Assembly (NCBI GenBank): GCA_965218435.1
Contig: CBDCKW010000009.1
Coordinates: forward strand, 2,624,001 to 2,688,000
Reading direction: 5' to 3'
DNA: 64,000 bases
Source of the DNA: Truepera sp.
GTDB taxonomy: Bacteria; Deinococcota; Deinococci; Deinococcales; Trueperaceae
Made by a program: the position numbers and the translations under genes. A model generated the notes under the pieces. It searched no databases, had not been told where the DNA came from, and saw only the letters and a program-made list of their open reading frames with translations. The first letter of the stretch is position 1. Each line of letters opens with the position of its first letter. Positions 61,585 to 64,000 of the stretch are shown here, piece by piece.

Positions 61585-62256
61585 CTACCCTTCCTGCCGA
61601 CCAAGCGGCGTCAGGTCGAGAAACTGCGGCCCCGAAACGAGCAACTCAACCCCCCTGGCAAAGGTCGCGTAGGTGTGGTAGATCTCCTCACCATCACGTA
61701 AAAACACGCTGTACCCCGGAATCTCACCTTTACCGCCCGACCCAAGTCCAGCCCGTTCCAGTTCCTCTTTGTTGCGGTAGTTGACCATCAGCGGCGCAAC
61801 GGCTTCGTCCACGGTGGCGTAAAAGTCGTAGTTGAAATCGTTCCCGTAAGACGACACCCACGGCAGCGTCCAGCCCTTACGCGCTTTCCACGCCTCGAGC
61901 TTTTCTAGCGGTGCGCGGGAGACCATCACAAACGAGGTGTCTTTATCGTGCAGGTGCGTGATGTCACCGAAGTCATCTGCAGCGTAGGAGCAACTCGAGC
62001 AGCCCTCGTCCCACTCGGGGTCGAACATAAAGTGCTGGATGACGAGCTGACGGCGACCGTCGAACAGCCCTAGCAGCGTCGCCTTGCCTTCAGGACTGTC
62101 GAAGGTGTATGTTTTTTCAACTTTGACCATCGGCAACGCTTGGCGTTCGGCACGGAGCGCATCGCGGGCCCAGGTCAGTTCTTTTTCTTTGACGAGGAGT
62201 TTTCTGCGAGCCTCGAGCCACGCGTCTCGAGACATAACCGTCGGGAGTTTGCTCAT
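61585..62256 (-). CDS. DUF899 thioredoxin-like protein
   Basis: LFDGRRQL, HFMF, GCSSCS, VSRAPL, FNYDF, LDLTPLGRQE. Confidence 0.9.
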   Translation of the reverse strand: MSKLPTVMSRDAWLEARRKLLVKEKELTWARDALRAERQALPMVKVEKTYTFDSPEGKATLLGLFDGRRQLVIQHFMFDPEWDEGCSSCSYAADDFGDITHLHDKDTSFVMVSRAPLEKLEAWKARKGWTLPWVSSYGNDFNYDFYATVDEAVAPLMVNYRNKEELERAGLGSGGKGEIPGYSVFLRDGEEIYHTYATFARGVELLVSGPQFLDLTPLGRQEG

Positions 62257-62296
62257 GATTCTTGCTCCTCAAAAACCTTGCTTATGCAGTTAAAGT

Positions 62297-62683
62297 TTAG
62301 GCGGGTCCAGCGACTCCAATCAAATTGCCCTCAAGGTCTATGAAATGACCGACAACTACACCTCCCTTTGGGTTTTTAGCCGGTCCCATTACCCGTGTCC
62401 CACCAAGGCTCTCAGCCTTTTGGAGCGCGGCCTCAACATCAGGAACACCAACGTAGAAAATGGCGTGGGCCTCGTAATCCTCACCTCCGCCAATGCCGCC
62501 GGGAATCCCAGTTCCATCGCTAGTTATGTAACGGTTGATAAAGCCATAATTGCCTGTTTGAGAGACCTCTTCTGCAACAGGCGCTTCCGTGTCGAACTCC
62601 CATTCAAAAAGCTCGCCGAAGAAAGCTCGAAGCTTTTTGGGATTTTTTCCAATGACCTCAAAGTGTACAACTGGATTTCCCAT
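62297..62683 (-). CDS. VOC-family protein; start ATG 62683
   Basis: MGNPVVHFEV, GIPGGIG, FYVGVPDV, DLEGN. Confidence 0.88.
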   Translation of the reverse strand: MGNPVVHFEVIGKNPKKLRAFFGELFEWEFDTEAPVAEEVSQTGNYGFINRYITSDGTGIPGGIGGGEDYEAHAIFYVGVPDVEAALQKAESLGGTRVMGPAKNPKGGVVVGHFIDLEGNLIGVAGPA

Positions 62684-62720
62684 AGTTGTCTCCTCCATTG
62701 CTCTTAGCTCGGTTAAAGCC

Positions 62721-63110
62721 TCAGGCATACCGCGCTGGTTTTCGCGCAGGTAGCGGTTTAACCCGCCAGCGCAGATACGCCACAAAGCTCGCCATGATAA
62801 ATAGAACAACTGTGGTCAGGGCACTCGAGATTTCGCCTCTGCTGAAGTGAAAGATAGATGCACTTAGGGTCACCACCATGATGCCTAAAGCGGCGAGCGG
62901 CGTCAGCCAGGGCAGGATGCGCGTCACCCCGGGCAAGATGAGGCCGACCCCGGCGAGCAGTTCGGCGACGCCTAAAAAGAGGCGGAAGAGAAGCCCGAAC
63001 TGTTCATCTAACAGCGCCACGAACTGCGGCGGTGGAAAGAGGAAAAACCAGCTGTGATAGAGAAACTGAGCGGCCAAGAGAGCTTGTAAAATCCAGAGAA
63101 CGATGTTCAT
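62721..63110 (-). CDS. DoxX-like membrane protein
   Basis: MNIVLWILQALLA, GVAELLAGVGLILP, LTPLAA. Confidence 0.85.
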   Translation of the reverse strand: MNIVLWILQALLAAQFLYHSWFFLFPPPQFVALLDEQFGLLFRLFLGVAELLAGVGLILPGVTRILPWLTPLAALGIMVVTLSASIFHFSRGEISSALTTVVLFIMASFVAYLRWRVKPLPARKPARYA

Positions 63111-63172
63111 ATTTCCTCCTGAATAACTCAATCTAGTGATGCTTCTAGCATTGGGTCTAGGGTACGTTCGGG

Positions 63173-63706
63173 TTAGGGTCTAGTCGCGGGTTCATAGGTA
63201 AGTAGCAGCACGCCCGCGCCGAGGTCTCTCGAGGCGGTAAGTTTTAGCGGCAATCTGTCCCCGCCCGAGAAGAGGCGCTTGCCGCTCCCGAGGACGAGCG
63301 GGTAGACCATCAGGCGAAGTTCGTCCACGAGACCGTGCCGCAGGAGCGTCTGGACGAAGGTGCCGCTGCCGTAAACGAGGAGGTTCCCGCCTTCTTGCCG
63401 CTTCAGCGCCGCCACCGCGGAGGCCACATCGCCTCTTAGCGCGGTGGCATTCCACTCGAGTGACCTTAGAGTAGTCGTAGCGACGAACTTCGGCAGGCTG
63501 TTCATCCGCTCGCCGAACTCCCCGGTCGCGTTCGGCCAGGACTTGGCGAAGCCCTCGTAGGTCACGCGGCCCAGCAAGAGGGCGTCGCTGGCGAAGAGTT
63601 CGTCGTACTTGAACGTGCCGCCGTCCGGGTTGTAGCCGCTCCGCCAGGGGGTGGCTTCTTCGTACACCCCGTCGAGGGTTAGGAACTCGGTCACGATCAG
63701 CTTCAT
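63173..63706 (-). CDS. RibD-C/DHFR-like protein, high GC3
   Basis: EFLTLDGV, LLLGRVTYE, YGSG, PLVLGSGKRLF. Confidence 0.9.
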   Translation of the reverse strand: MKLIVTEFLTLDGVYEEATPWRSGYNPDGGTFKYDELFASDALLLGRVTYEGFAKSWPNATGEFGERMNSLPKFVATTTLRSLEWNATALRGDVASAVAALKRQEGGNLLVYGSGTFVQTLLRHGLVDELRLMVYPLVLGSGKRLFSGGDRLPLKLTASRDLGAGVLLLTYEPATRP

Positions 63707-63763
63707 GCGTGCTCCTTTCGCGGCTCATCGCCGCCGGGTCATAAAACAAGTTGGTCTTCTACG

Positions 63764-64000
63764 TTAAGCGCGGTTCGAGATTTGCTGTACGGCCCAGCTG
63801 TTACCGTCAGGGTCACTAAAATAGATAAAGCCCACATTGTCGAGTGGATCGGCTTGAGGGCTGGGGTTCTTACCCAGCACTTTGACTTCACTGACATCTA
63901 CGCCGCGTTCTATAAGCTCCGCACGGGCTGCATGAATATCTTTCACCACTAGCTGTAAGCCTTTGAGTGAGCCTGCGGGCATTTTTGTCATGCCTGTACC
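63764..64000 (-). CDS. VOC-family protein, 5' part outside the window
   Basis: LQLVVKDI, FSDPDGNSWAVQQ. Confidence 0.8.
   Translation of the reverse strand, partial: GTGMTKMPAGSLKGLQLVVKDIHAARAELIERGVDVSEVKVLGKNPSPQADPLDNVGFIYFSDPDGNSWAVQQISNRA

Noticed and set aside
1..64000. CRISPR array, cas genes, reverse transcriptase or rRNA
   Set aside because: No regularly spaced repeats and no matching protein motifs seen.
50797..64000. Classical integron cassette array
   Set aside because: Spacers are short or overlapping and share no attC-like palindromes; the only integrase in the window is phage-type.

Overview
Chromosomal window, most likely from a Deinococcota bacterium (Truepera/Deinococcus-like). 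This rests on the crtO/cruF/cruD/cruC carotenoid genes, an HspR/HAIR operator on clpB and many leaderless starts. Layout: (1) 0.2-2.7 kb, acyl-ACP desaturase and alr; (2) 2.8-3.8 kb, a dead IS903-group IS5 element; (3) 3.8-11.3 kb, an element at the 3' end of tRNA-Thr with primase, helicase, a terminase whose ATPase and nuclease halves are separate genes, an XRE regulator and a tyrosine integrase, but no portal, capsid or tail; (4) tRNA-Asp/Phe/Thr, then housekeeping genes (prenyltransferase, pgi, clpB, ppk2, M3 peptidase, Kef-like antiporter, sulfatase, bcp, rpiA, acpS, recF, gpmI) with three toxin-antitoxin pairs; (5) 36-50 kb, carotenoid/isoprenoid genes; (6) 50.8-64 kb, a co-oriented array of about 24 small detox-type genes (RibD-C, VOC, DinB and others) with recombination scars at the junctions. 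Main observations: the capsid-less split-terminase element, about 160 copies of CTCGAG (hand count) with apparent AT-shifted halos, and the scarred gene array. All calls come from reading motifs by eye; no database searches were run.
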